64,000 nucleotides of DNA. It comes from Gammaproteobacteria bacterium. GTDB taxonomy: Bacteria > Pseudomonadota > Gammaproteobacteria > GCA-001735895. Shown one piece after another: positions 11,020-20,200 of the stretch; position 1 is the stretch's first letter, and every line of letters starts with the position of its first letter. The translations under genes and the position numbers were made by a program. Under the pieces are notes generated by a model, which was not told the origin of the DNA, did not search any database, and was given only the letters and a program-made list of their open reading frames with translations. The stretch spans positions 26,025 through 90,024 of the forward strand of contig JAOTXY010000001.1 of assembly GCA_029862125.1 (NCBI GenBank), read 5' to 3'.

Positions 11020-12372
11020 ATGTCCATAACCGATAAACAATCACCCGAACGCTCCGAAGGCGACGTCAACCTGTCGCCACGCCGATCGGCATGGGCGCAG
11101 AGCCACCTGGACGAAAAAACCGAGGCAATGCTTGCCGAGGACGCCAAATTTTTTCTGCACCAGTCGCTATCGACGCCCTGTCTGAATGCAATCCAGGCTA
11201 GCGAGGGGATTTACCTCGAAGATGTCCAGGGCAGAAAAATCATGGACTTTCACGGTAACAGCGTACACCAGGTCGGCCATGGCCACCCGCGTGTAATAGC
11301 GGCGATCAAGGCACAGCTCGATACCATGCCCTTTTGTCCGCGACGCTATACCAATCAGGTCGCCATCGACCTGGCGCGACGCCTGGTCGAACTGGCGCCT
11401 GGTAAACTCAGCAAGGTACTGTTCGCACCCGGTGGTACCTCGGCAATCGGCATGGCCCTGAAACTGGCACGATACGCCACCGGGCGGCACAAGACCGTAT
11501 CCATGTGGGACAGTTTTCACGGCGCCTCGCTGGATGCAATTTCGATTGGTGGCGAGGCCCTGTTTCGAAAGGACGTCGGCCCGTTATTGCCGGGTACCGA
11601 ACATATTCCGCCGCCGACCCGCGGTAAATGCCTGTTTAACTGTGAAGACGAACAGCACAGTGGCTGCCTCGAATACCTCGAATACCTGTTCGATATGCAG
11701 GGTGACGTCGCCGCGCTGATCGCCGAGCCGATGCGCTGGACCACGGTCGAACCACCACCGCCCGGTTACTGGAAAAAAGTCCGCGAAATCTGTGATCGTC
11801 ATGGCGTCTTGCTGATTTTCGATGAAATTCCGTCGGCGTTGGGGCGCACCGGAAAAATGTTCGTTTGCGAACACTTCGACGTTGTGCCCGATATGCTGGT
11901 AATCGGCAAGGGCTTCGGCGGTGGAGTGTTTCCGATGGCTGCCTTGATCACGACCGCGGCGCTCGACATCGTCGGCGACCGTGCACTCGGGCATTATACC
12001 CATGAAAAAAGCTCGGTCGGTTGCGCCGCCGCCCTCGCGACACTGGACTGTCTGCAACAAGATGGTTTGATCGAAAATTCAATCGAACTGGGCAGGCATG
12101 CACTCGCAAGACTGCAGTCGATGCAAAATAAACTGCCGATTATTCACGAGGTGCGTGGCCTGGGACTGCATCTGGGAGTTGAGTTACGCCGCAATGGCAA
12201 AGCCGCCAGCGATGAGGCCGATACTGTGCTCTACCATTCGCTGTCGCAGGGTCTCAGTTACAAGGTTGGTGGCGGTTGCGTGTTGACATTGTGCCCGCCG
12301 ATGACGATTACGAAGCAGGCACTGGATCAGGCGTTGGACATCGTCGAAGCCGGCATCAAATCACTTGCTTGA
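11020..12372 (+). CDS. pbfA: (R)-1-hydroxy-2-aminoethylphosphonate ammonia-lyase (class III PLP enzyme)
   Basis: N-terminal RSEGDVN and FLHQSLSTPCL, MDFHGN, WDSFHGASLDAIS, GHYTHEKS resemble PbfA as I recall it; located in a phnWYA cluster. Confidence 0.8.
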   Translation: MSITDKQSPERSEGDVNLSPRRSAWAQSHLDEKTEAMLAEDAKFFLHQSLSTPCLNAIQASEGIYLEDVQGRKIMDFHGNSVHQVGHGHPRVIAAIKAQLDTMPFCPRRYTNQVAIDLARRLVELAPGKLSKVLFAPGGTSAIGMALKLARYATGRHKTVSMWDSFHGASLDAISIGGEALFRKDVGPLLPGTEHIPPPTRGKCLFNCEDEQHSGCLEYLEYLFDMQGDVAALIAEPMRWTTVEPPPPGYWKKVREICDRHGVLLIFDEIPSALGRTGKMFVCEHFDVVPDMLVIGKGFGGGVFPMAALITTAALDIVGDRALGHYTHEKSSVGCAAALATLDCLQQDGLIENSIELGRHALARLQSMQNKLPIIHEVRGLGLHLGVELRRNGKAASDEADTVLYHSLSQGLSYKVGGGCVLTLCPPMTITKQALDQALDIVEAGIKSLA

Positions 12373-12411
12373 TACAGTGAAATCTACTTTGAAAAGGATT
12401 TAATTAATCAA

Positions 12412-14019
12412 TCACCTTACCCTTAGTTGAGCAGTGGGCCGACGACGAGTAGTTTTCAGATGTCGTTCGTAGGCCTGCACCTCGATATCGATGCGCGCTT
12501 TGGACCATCCCAGGTCGTGGGCTGCAGCCTCGGCAACGGGACGCGCCAGCCCCAGCCCCTGATCGCTGGACCAGCCGGCACCGAGCCGGCGCATCAGCAA
12601 ATCGGCCAGGCTACCCGGTTGTTCGTCGCGCGCACAGCGCTTGACCGCTGCCGTGCTGACGCTGAAAGCATCGCTCTCGATCCGGGGGGCGTTTTGCTCG
12701 CCGCTGGTATCAACCCGATGATAATTTAGATCCTGTGCTGAACCCGACGGAGCGATATGGCTCAAAACCGCTCGCAGCAGCCGTTTTCCCACGCGCCGAT
12801 GGGTTATGATCGGTCCGCCAGTCAGCGCCAGCATGCCGGGCAAACCGTCGTCGGCCAGGTCATGAATCTTGATTTCACGGCTCCCCAGCGGCTCTTCGGG
12901 TTCTCGCGTCAGCGGATTGACCCCGGCCCAGCTGAACAGGATATCGTCACGCGTGATCGCCAGTTGCGGCAAGCAGCGATTTGTTTCAGCAATCATCCAG
13001 TCAATTTCCCGATCTGTGGCCGATACATCCGCGGCATTCCTATACGTTGGATCGTCATTAACAGGTGTGCGCGTGAGGCCGATGTAATGCATGCCGTTCG
13101 ATGGCAGGCAATAAAGCGGCTGGTCGAGACTGTTAAAGGCGAACACGCCCCAGTCAGCGAATTCATCCGGCAAGCGAACGGCAATGTGAATGCCCTTGAT
13201 GCCGGCGCATTTGGGCTCGACCGTAATTCCTGTACTGCCAATAATATCGTCGACCCAGGCGCCAGCGAGATTAAGCACCAGGTCGGCCGTCACCTGAGCC
13301 TTTTCACCGTTGATCGATGCCCCTGATGGCCCATTATGTGGCGTCGAACACAGCGACAACCGCCAATGGCTTTTCGACTCTAATCGTTCCAGGCCCTCGA
13401 CCCGCGTGTAATTATTAATCTGCGCCCCCAGGCAACGCGCGTCGAACAGCGCATCGAGTGCGATTCTTTCCGGCCAGTCGAACAGGTACTCGTGAAACAC
13501 CGCAACGTTCTTCAGCCGGTCGGGATCACGCAGCCAGGGAGCGATGGGAACCTGGTCTAACTGTTTACGATTATAACGCCGATAATCGAGCGGCACGCCG
13601 GTCGGGCTCATCATGCGCAACACCGCAAACGCCGCATCCAGTTGCCACGGTGCATAAGCGTCGTCCGTATAAATCGGCAGACAAAAATTAATCGACCTCA
13701 GCTGGTCGGGGATAGTGCGAACGATCTCATCGCGCGCCTGCATATCGGCACGAACCGTGCCCAGCGTGCGAGCCAGGCGATCGGGCCGCAGCAATGTCGC
13801 CCACAAATTCGAGCCGGTCGCCAGGTGGCGCAGCCCGCAATGCAACAGGCGGCTCGAGCGGCTGGTCGCGCCATTGGCGAAATCCCCCTGGTCTACGACC
13901 AGCACCTTGTAACCGGCGGCGCTCAAATGTTGCGCCGCGCTGGCGCCGTTGATACCTGCACCGATAATCGCCACGTCAAAATGTAGCCCATCAAGCATGC
14001 CGACGGAAGCTGTGGTCAT
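12412..14019 (-). CDS. Glycerol-3-phosphate dehydrogenase/oxidase-family FAD oxidoreductase (GlpD-like, divergent)
   Basis: IIGAGING, DFANGATSRSSRLLHCGLRHL, NLAGAWVD, KGIHI, LADLLMRR; co-oriented just downstream of the AEP ABC permease. Confidence 0.8.
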   Translation of the reverse strand: MTTASVGMLDGLHFDVAIIGAGINGASAAQHLSAAGYKVLVVDQGDFANGATSRSSRLLHCGLRHLATGSNLWATLLRPDRLARTLGTVRADMQARDEIVRTIPDQLRSINFCLPIYTDDAYAPWQLDAAFAVLRMMSPTGVPLDYRRYNRKQLDQVPIAPWLRDPDRLKNVAVFHEYLFDWPERIALDALFDARCLGAQINNYTRVEGLERLESKSHWRLSLCSTPHNGPSGASINGEKAQVTADLVLNLAGAWVDDIIGSTGITVEPKCAGIKGIHIAVRLPDEFADWGVFAFNSLDQPLYCLPSNGMHYIGLTRTPVNDDPTYRNAADVSATDREIDWMIAETNRCLPQLAITRDDILFSWAGVNPLTREPEEPLGSREIKIHDLADDGLPGMLALTGGPIITHRRVGKRLLRAVLSHIAPSGSAQDLNYHRVDTSGEQNAPRIESDAFSVSTAAVKRCARDEQPGSLADLLMRRLGAGWSSDQGLGLARPVAEAAAHDLGWSKARIDIEVQAYERHLKTTRRRPTAQLRVR

Positions 14020-14037
14020 TTTCCTGGAATCTATTTA

Positions 14038-14125
14038 GTCATCCCCGCGAAAGCGGGGATCTTACAATGAGCCATATTTACAAGATCCCCGCTTTCGCGG
14101 GGATGACTAGCAAAGCGGGAATGAC
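14038..14125. repeat. GTCAT/CGTC-type REP doublet with partial extra end copy
   Basis: GTCATCCCCGCGAAAGCGGGGATCTT (14038-14063) and its exact reverse complement (14082-14107), followed by partial AAAGCGGGAATGAC (14112-14125). Confidence 0.9.
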
Positions 14126-14136
14126 GTCCATATATT

Positions 14137-16146
14137 TTAAGTCCCGCGCCAGGCCTGGGTTCGGCGCACCAGATTGCGCGAGACGAACTGGTGAATCAGG
14201 CGCGCACCGACATTGGTATAGAAAATCATCATGCCCATCGCCGCGGCCGGGGCAACGTCGCCGGCATCATCCATGTTGAGTACCGCGACCGAGGCCAGCG
14301 TGGTGTCCGGTGAATACAGGAAAATGACAGCCGACACCGTCGTCATCGCGTTGACGAACAGGTAGATCGATATATCCAGGATCGACGGCAGGCATACCGG
14401 GACCGTCACTTTCGAAAGCACCTTGTGGAATGGCTGTTTCAGCGAAGCGGCCACCGACTCGAATTCCCGGTCCATCTGTTTCAGCGCGGTCACTGCGGTC
14501 AGGTGCGATACCGTATAAAAGTGAGTGACGGTGCAGATCACCATGATCGCCAGCGTTCCGTAAATTCCGTTTAACGGGTTATCCGGATTGTTGAAGAAAA
14601 AGATGTACGCGAGGCCGAGCACCATGCCGGGGATCGCCATCGGCATCATCGCGAGAAACTGGAAGGACGAGCGCGTGGCAAAAAATCCGTTGGTTTTTTC
14701 GACCATGTAGGCGCCGACGAATACCACTATGGTGCCGGCCAGCGCAGTGTACAGGCCGAGTTGAATCGAGTTGATGTAGGAATCCCAGCCACCGCCGTCC
14801 ATGACTTTGAAATTATAGTTGACCAGGCTCAGACTCAGATTGTAAGGCCAGAACTTGATCAGTGCGGCGTACTGGCAGACGGCGATCAGGCCGACGATAA
14901 AAATCGCAACCAGTGTGCAGTAGCCGAGACATATGCGGTCAAATTGTTTGTGCGGTTTGGGCGAGAAGGGTACCGAGCGTGCCGACAATTGAGCGACCTG
15001 TTTCTTTTGCACGTAGCGGTCGATGCTGAAAGCAAGCAACGCCGGGATCAGCAACACAACCGATACCACTGCGCCCATCTCGAAGTTTTGCTGGCCGATG
15101 ACCTGCTTGTAAATATCGACCGCGAGCATGTTGTATTGCCCGCCGATGACCTTGGGCAGGCCAAAATCGGTAATCACCAGGTTGAATACGACGAACGCAG
15201 CCGATATCAGGCCGTAGCGTGCGCCCGGAATGGTTACGGTCCAGAAAGTTCTCCAGCGTGAAGTACGCAGTGCGGTCGCTGCTTCGTACAGGCGCCCGTC
15301 GGATATAGCGAGCGCGGTGGTGATGATGATCAAGGCGTGCGGAAAGGTGAAAAACACTGACCCGATGACAATACCGATGGGCCCGTAAATCGACTCGCCG
15401 AACAACAAGCCCTTGATCATGCCCTGGTTGCCGAATAAGTAAACCAGCGCAATTCCGGGTAGTAGCGAAGGTACCAGGATCGGAATCATCGCGATCAGTC
15501 TGAACAGTCCCTTGAAACGCATCGTGCTACGGTTGATCGCATAGGCGAAACCAAACGCGAGACTGACTGTAATGATGGTACTCAAAAACGCTATAAATAA
15601 CGAGTTTTCGATCGAGCGAAACAGCGCCGGTGTCGAGAAATAGGTGCGAAAATTGTCGAGCCCGGTGTCGGCCGAGGCACGTATCACGATACGTCTGAAG
15701 TCGTTGGAATTGTACTCATGCCAGTCGGTGTCATCGATGCGATCGGTTTTGAACAGAAAAGAAGTATCACCCCGGACCTGCCTGAGCTTGTACAGCGTCG
15801 GGCTGCGAAAACTGAAATCGGGGAATAAATCCGTCGGTGCGAGACGGCCGTCAGAACTGGTAACCAGGTCTTCGGGTTTGAACTTCTGAATCTTTTCATT
15901 TTGCGCTGCGGCGCTGAATGGTTCACTCCAGCCGTCGCCGGTATTGACCTGAAACTCGAAGTTGGTGAGGTCAAATGCATAAGTGGAAAACGACTTCGAT
16001 AGCATCGCGTAAAGCGGAAACGCGAGGGTTACTAACAGGTACAGGCTGATGACCAGAATGAAACCGGCCATGATACGGTCGTCCTTGCTGGTTTTGGGTT
16101 TGATCAGAGGTGCAGCAGGTGCTGTAGTGGCTGCCGATTGCGTCAT
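14137..16146 (-). CDS. AEP ABC transporter permease (two fused TM modules; AepW-like)
   Basis: Many TM helices and two EAA-like loops (LYEAATAL; FESVAASL); third gene of an SBP-ATPase-permease operon. Confidence 0.88.
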   Translation of the reverse strand: MTQSAATTAPAAPLIKPKTSKDDRIMAGFILVISLYLLVTLAFPLYAMLSKSFSTYAFDLTNFEFQVNTGDGWSEPFSAAAQNEKIQKFKPEDLVTSSDGRLAPTDLFPDFSFRSPTLYKLRQVRGDTSFLFKTDRIDDTDWHEYNSNDFRRIVIRASADTGLDNFRTYFSTPALFRSIENSLFIAFLSTIITVSLAFGFAYAINRSTMRFKGLFRLIAMIPILVPSLLPGIALVYLFGNQGMIKGLLFGESIYGPIGIVIGSVFFTFPHALIIITTALAISDGRLYEAATALRTSRWRTFWTVTIPGARYGLISAAFVVFNLVITDFGLPKVIGGQYNMLAVDIYKQVIGQQNFEMGAVVSVVLLIPALLAFSIDRYVQKKQVAQLSARSVPFSPKPHKQFDRICLGYCTLVAIFIVGLIAVCQYAALIKFWPYNLSLSLVNYNFKVMDGGGWDSYINSIQLGLYTALAGTIVVFVGAYMVEKTNGFFATRSSFQFLAMMPMAIPGMVLGLAYIFFFNNPDNPLNGIYGTLAIMVICTVTHFYTVSHLTAVTALKQMDREFESVAASLKQPFHKVLSKVTVPVCLPSILDISIYLFVNAMTTVSAVIFLYSPDTTLASVAVLNMDDAGDVAPAAAMGMMIFYTNVGARLIHQFVSRNLVRRTQAWRGT

Positions 16147-16147
16147 G

Positions 16148-17284
16148 TTAGTCGGCCTTTATGCCTGCTGCAGACGGGAACACCCATAGTCGTTCCGATG
16201 GCAGTTTCACCCGGATGGTTGAACCTGCATCGATCTCATGTCTGCGTGCAGCGTTGATCGACATATCCGCTATCAATGAAGCGCCCCCGAGAGCGCTGTT
16301 GTTCAACGAAACTCGCCAGAAAGAGCCAAGGAATTCCATCGACTCGACTTCCATTTCAAGGCTGTTTTCCACGTTCGATGTGTCGTTGGAAAAATCCTCG
16401 GTTCCCTGAGGTACGATATCTTCCGGGCGAATTGCTGCCACAATCTCGGATTCGGATGCAAGCCCGTGAGCGCGCGATTTGAAGTTCAATTCGCCAATGG
16501 TAATGCTGTTCTCGTCGTTGGTGCGACCGCTTACCTGGTTCATTGCACCGATGAAGTCTGCGACGAACAGGGTATCGGGTTCGCGATAGATTTCGGTCGG
16601 TGTACCGACCTGTTCGATCACGCCGTGATTCATAACGACGATGCGATCTGCCATGGTCAGCGCTTCTTCCTGGTCATGCGTCACCATGACTGTGGTGACA
16701 CCGAGCCGCCGTTGCAGGGCCTTCATTTCCTGGCGCAGATGACCACGTACCTTGGCATCGAGTGCGGACAGCGGTTCATCCAGCAACAGCAGCCCGGGGG
16801 AGGTTGCCAGCGCGCGTGCCAGGGCGATGCGTTGTTGTTGCCCGCCCGATAATTGCGCCGGGTACTTGGGACCCTGATCGGGAAGCCCAACGAGTTCCAG
16901 CAGCTCGGTAACGCGTTTCCCGATGGCCGATTTTTCAAGCCCCTGGTTCTCCAGCCCGAAAGCGATATTGCGTTCGGCGGTCAGATTCGGAAACAGTGCG
17001 TAGGACTGAAACACGATGCCGAAATCCCGCTCGTATGGTGGCAGTGCTGAAATGTCGACATCAGCCTGGCGGACGGTACCCGAGGTTTGTATATCGAGAC
17101 CAGCAATCGCACGCAATAATGTTGTTTTGCCACAGCCCGAGGGACCGAGAAAGCAGACGAACTCGCCCTCATAAACCTCGAGCGATACGCTGTCGAGTGC
17201 AACGAAATTGCCGAATTTTTTGGTGAGCCGGTCTATCTGGAGATAGGCGTTCGATCCGGATTTATGCGTGAGCTGGTCTGCCAT
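16148..17284 (-). CDS. AEP ABC transporter ATP-binding subunit (AepV-like)
   Basis: Walker A GPSGCGKT, signature LSGGQQQR, Walker B LLLDE, C-terminal TOBE-like region. Confidence 0.92.
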   Translation of the reverse strand: MADQLTHKSGSNAYLQIDRLTKKFGNFVALDSVSLEVYEGEFVCFLGPSGCGKTTLLRAIAGLDIQTSGTVRQADVDISALPPYERDFGIVFQSYALFPNLTAERNIAFGLENQGLEKSAIGKRVTELLELVGLPDQGPKYPAQLSGGQQQRIALARALATSPGLLLLDEPLSALDAKVRGHLRQEMKALQRRLGVTTVMVTHDQEEALTMADRIVVMNHGVIEQVGTPTEIYREPDTLFVADFIGAMNQVSGRTNDENSITIGELNFKSRAHGLASESEIVAAIRPEDIVPQGTEDFSNDTSNVENSLEMEVESMEFLGSFWRVSLNNSALGGASLIADMSINAARRHEIDAGSTIRVKLPSERLWVFPSAAGIKAD

Positions 17285-17341
17285 GATCCTTTACCTGCTG
17301 CATCAGTTTCAGCATCTTGATATTAAGTGCCAATATGAGAA

Positions 17342-17371
17342 ACGGCCTGATCTCTTTCGAGACCAGACCGT
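17342..17371 (-). terminator. Stem-loop after the SBP gene (partial terminator or mRNA-stabilising hairpin)
   Basis: Minus strand ACGGTCTGGTCTC-GAAA-GAGATCAGGCCGT: 13-bp stem with G-U pairs, followed by TTCT. Confidence 0.6.
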
Positions 17372-17387
17372 ATTCCAATACCGATAC

Positions 17388-18425
17388 TTACTTGGCGTCA
17401 GATTTTGAATCGTAACGCTTCAGCCACTCTGTCAGAATCTTCTTGCGGTTATTGGCAGCCCATTCGAAGTCGTTGTCGATCATCTTGTCCAGCAGGTTTG
17501 GCGGAAAGTGCTCCACCGGCTTGGCCACGCCTGGCATGGCGACCACTGCATAACCGGTGTTATACATTTCGTTGGCCTTGCGTGTAATTGACCAGTCAAC
17601 CAGGGTTTGAGCGGCTTTCTGATTGCTGGTGCCGGCTATGATCGCGGTTGCTTCCATATCCCAGCCCACACCCTCGGCTGGCACGATTATTTCAAGTGGG
17701 GCGCCCTGGGCCTTGGACTTGGCGCCGCGGAAGGCGAAGGAAATACCGATCGGAATCTCACCGGCAGCAGCCAGTTTACAGGGCTTGGAGCCGGAATGGG
17801 TGTAGCGTGCGATATTCTTGTGCAGGCGGTCCATGAAATCCCAGCCACCCTGCTCCTTACCGAACATCTGCAACCAACTGGAGACGTCTAGGAAGCCGGT
17901 GCCTGAGGAGTTCGGATTCGGCATGATCAGGTGACCTTTATACATCGGCTTGAGCAGGTCGGTCCAGGTCTTGGGAGGCTTGAGACCATGCTTGGCGGCT
18001 TCGACAGTGTTATAGCAAACCGAGGCAACCCAGGCGTCCATGCCAACCCAGGACGGTACGGCGCCGCTGTCGACGAACTTCTTGTCCAGTTTTTCGACAC
18101 CTTTGGGCTTATAGGGCTCGAGCATGCCTTCGCTCTTCATCAGTAGCAGCGAAGTCGCCGCCAGGCCCCAGACCACATCAGCCTGCGGGTTGTTTTTCTC
18201 CGCGAGTAACTTGGCGGTGACGATACCGGTTGAATCCCGAACCCATTTAATATTAATATCAGGATGGTCTTTGTTAAAAGTTTCGGCATAGCGCGCGAGA
18301 TCTTCTGCTTCTACAGCGGTGTAAACGGTCAGGTCAACCGCAAGTGTCGACTGACTCATCGCCAGCATCGAGACACCTGCTACACAGGCAGCGAGCGAAC
18401 TTTTCTTGATCAATTTCTTTAGCAT
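17388..18425 (-). CDS. aepX: AEP ABC transporter substrate-binding protein (AepX-like)
   Basis: Signal peptide after ATG 18425 (RBS AAGGAG upstream); LTVYTA, WVRDSTG, MPNPNSSGTG, YTHSGSKPC; phosphonate cluster context. Confidence 0.8.
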   Translation of the reverse strand: MLKKLIKKSSLAACVAGVSMLAMSQSTLAVDLTVYTAVEAEDLARYAETFNKDHPDINIKWVRDSTGIVTAKLLAEKNNPQADVVWGLAATSLLLMKSEGMLEPYKPKGVEKLDKKFVDSGAVPSWVGMDAWVASVCYNTVEAAKHGLKPPKTWTDLLKPMYKGHLIMPNPNSSGTGFLDVSSWLQMFGKEQGGWDFMDRLHKNIARYTHSGSKPCKLAAAGEIPIGISFAFRGAKSKAQGAPLEIIVPAEGVGWDMEATAIIAGTSNQKAAQTLVDWSITRKANEMYNTGYAVVAMPGVAKPVEHFPPNLLDKMIDNDFEWAANNRKKILTEWLKRYDSKSDAK

Positions 18426-18600
18426 GTTATATCTCCTTCGATTGTTATTGTCGGGACCAGGGAGTCCCCGAATTGATTTTTTATTTTGCAACTACTCCGG
18501 TGAAGCCGGGTTTATACCCGGTTGCTCCATCCGGAGACATCGAATGCACACTTTACCCTAATCCGCGCCGGTTAAAAACAGGTTAATTTTTATACAAAAT

Positions 18601-18615
18601 ATAGATTGCTTCGAT
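18601..18615. promoter_or_regulatory. Putative LysR box upstream of the transporter operon
   Basis: ATAG-N7-CGAT, which is ATCG-N7-CTAT on the minus strand and matches the phnA box. Confidence 0.5.
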
Positions 18616-18730
18616 ATCTGGATAGCCCTGATTTACAGCCTATACATCGGATTGGTATATTGGTGACCATGAAACCGGCTATCCTGGCGAGCAGGTTAAT
18701 CCGTAAAATAAACTAAGGAGCGGCTTTTCA

Positions 18731-19783
18731 ATGGCGATAAAAACCACCTGCATTGGTGCTTACCCCAAACCCGAATTCGTCAAACTTCCGGACTGGTTCA
18801 ATCACCCTGAGGGACCGGATACCGCCGATCCGACCGCGCTCTGGGAAAAGGCGATGACCGATCTTGGACCCGATGCGCCGGATATTATTGCGCGCGGCGT
18901 AGCGCAGGCGATCGACGATCAAATCGAATGTGGCATCGATATCCCGACCGACGGTGAAATCTCGCGCGAGAATTACATCCACTACCATTGCCGACACCTG
19001 CTCGGCTTCGATTTCGTGCAGCTGACGCGCAAGGAAGTGCGCGGCGGTACTTACGAGGCAAGCCTGCCGACCATCAATGGTCCGGTCTCGGTACGTGACC
19101 AGTTCCTGGTGGCGGACTGGCAGCGCGCGCAGGCCAACTGCAAGCGCGCAGTCAAGATCACGATGCCGGGCCCGATGACGATCTCGGACACCAATCACGA
19201 TGCCTTTTACCATGATCCTCAAAGGCTCGGTCGGGATATTGCCGAGGCCCTGAATGTCGAAGTTCTGGCGCTCGCCGAGGCCGGCTGTGTACATATCCAG
19301 ATCGACGAACCGCTATTCGCGCGCAAGCCGGCAGCCGCGCTCGATTACGGCTTCGAAAATCTCGAACGTGCGTTTCACGGTTGCCCGAACAACGTACAGC
19401 GCACCGTGCACATGTGCTGTGGCTACCCGGACAAGCTCGACCGTGATGATTATCCCAAGGCGGATCCCGATTCGTACCTGCAGATCGCCGATGCGATCGA
19501 GTATTCGAGTATCGACGCGGTTTCGTTCGAAGACGCGCATCGCCACAACGATTTATCGCTGCTTGAGCGTTTGCCGACGACCAAGGTTATTTTCGGCGTC
19601 GTCGCGATTGCCAAAAGCGAAGTCGAATCGGTCGACGATATCCGCGAACGCCTGGGCCAGGCGCTGCATCACATCGATGCCGATCGCCTGATTGCCGCCC
19701 CTGATTGCGGTCTTGGCCTGCTGGGCCGAGATCTCGCCATGGCCAAGCTCAAAAACATGTGCGCCGCCGCCCACTCCTTTTAA
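18731..19783 (+). CDS. Cobalamin-independent methionine synthase II-family (single-barrel MetE-like) Zn enzyme
   Basis: IGAYPKP, GIDIPTDGE, PGPMT, IQIDEP, Zn-ligand motifs HMC and APDCG; RBS AAGGAG; 350 aa, so only the C-terminal barrel of MetE. Confidence 0.8.
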   Translation: MAIKTTCIGAYPKPEFVKLPDWFNHPEGPDTADPTALWEKAMTDLGPDAPDIIARGVAQAIDDQIECGIDIPTDGEISRENYIHYHCRHLLGFDFVQLTRKEVRGGTYEASLPTINGPVSVRDQFLVADWQRAQANCKRAVKITMPGPMTISDTNHDAFYHDPQRLGRDIAEALNVEVLALAEAGCVHIQIDEPLFARKPAAALDYGFENLERAFHGCPNNVQRTVHMCCGYPDKLDRDDYPKADPDSYLQIADAIEYSSIDAVSFEDAHRHNDLSLLERLPTTKVIFGVVAIAKSEVESVDDIRERLGQALHHIDADRLIAAPDCGLGLLGRDLAMAKLKNMCAAAHSF

Positions 19784-19840
19784 TCCCGCGGCTCCCAAAG
19801 TAGTCCGATACACCCCCCTGCTCGTCCCACAATTCCCTGC

Positions 19841-19991
19841 TGTCATCCCGCGGCTCGACCGCGGGATCCAGTCAAATGTGGGCGATTGCAACCTGGATAC
19901 CGCGGTCGAGCCGCGGTATGACACTGAGAGGGACCAGGATCCCGATACTCCCGACCGCCGCTAAGTGGGCCGCATGCGGTCGGGGATGACG
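19841..19991. repeat. GTCAT-type REP doublet plus an inverted variant half-element
   Basis: TGTCATCCCGCGGCTCGACCGCGGGATCCAG...CTGGATACCGCGGTCGAGCCGCGGTATGACA (19841-19923), the same subtype as 44667-44751. 19938-19991 is a degenerate reverse complement of the 42214-type repeat. Confidence 0.85.
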
Positions 19992-20067
19992 GAACTTGCT
20001 GGCGCCCTGGCAGCGTGTGTCGAGCGGGTCACATAACACCGGCTGTTTGATTGAATTCGGGTGAATC

Positions 20068-20094
20068 TAAACTAATCTTAATTGTGACCGATAA
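20068..20094 (+). promoter_or_regulatory. Sigma-28 (FliA)-like promoter
   Basis: TAAA-N15-ACCGATAA versus consensus TAAA-N15-GCCGATAA, about 106 bp upstream of the kinase gene. Confidence 0.6.
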
Positions 20095-20200
20095 CTATAT
20101 ATAGAGTTATTGCGGCATATTGGATTTTCGCAACAGGCAGAGGCGCACGGGCCAAATCAATAACCAATAGCGTCATTCTATTGATAAACCGATTTAAATT

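Noticed and set aside
11020-12372. Annotation as a generic 4-aminobutyrate or ornithine aminotransferase
   Set aside because: N-terminal motifs and the phnWYA context fit the PbfA ammonia-lyase better.
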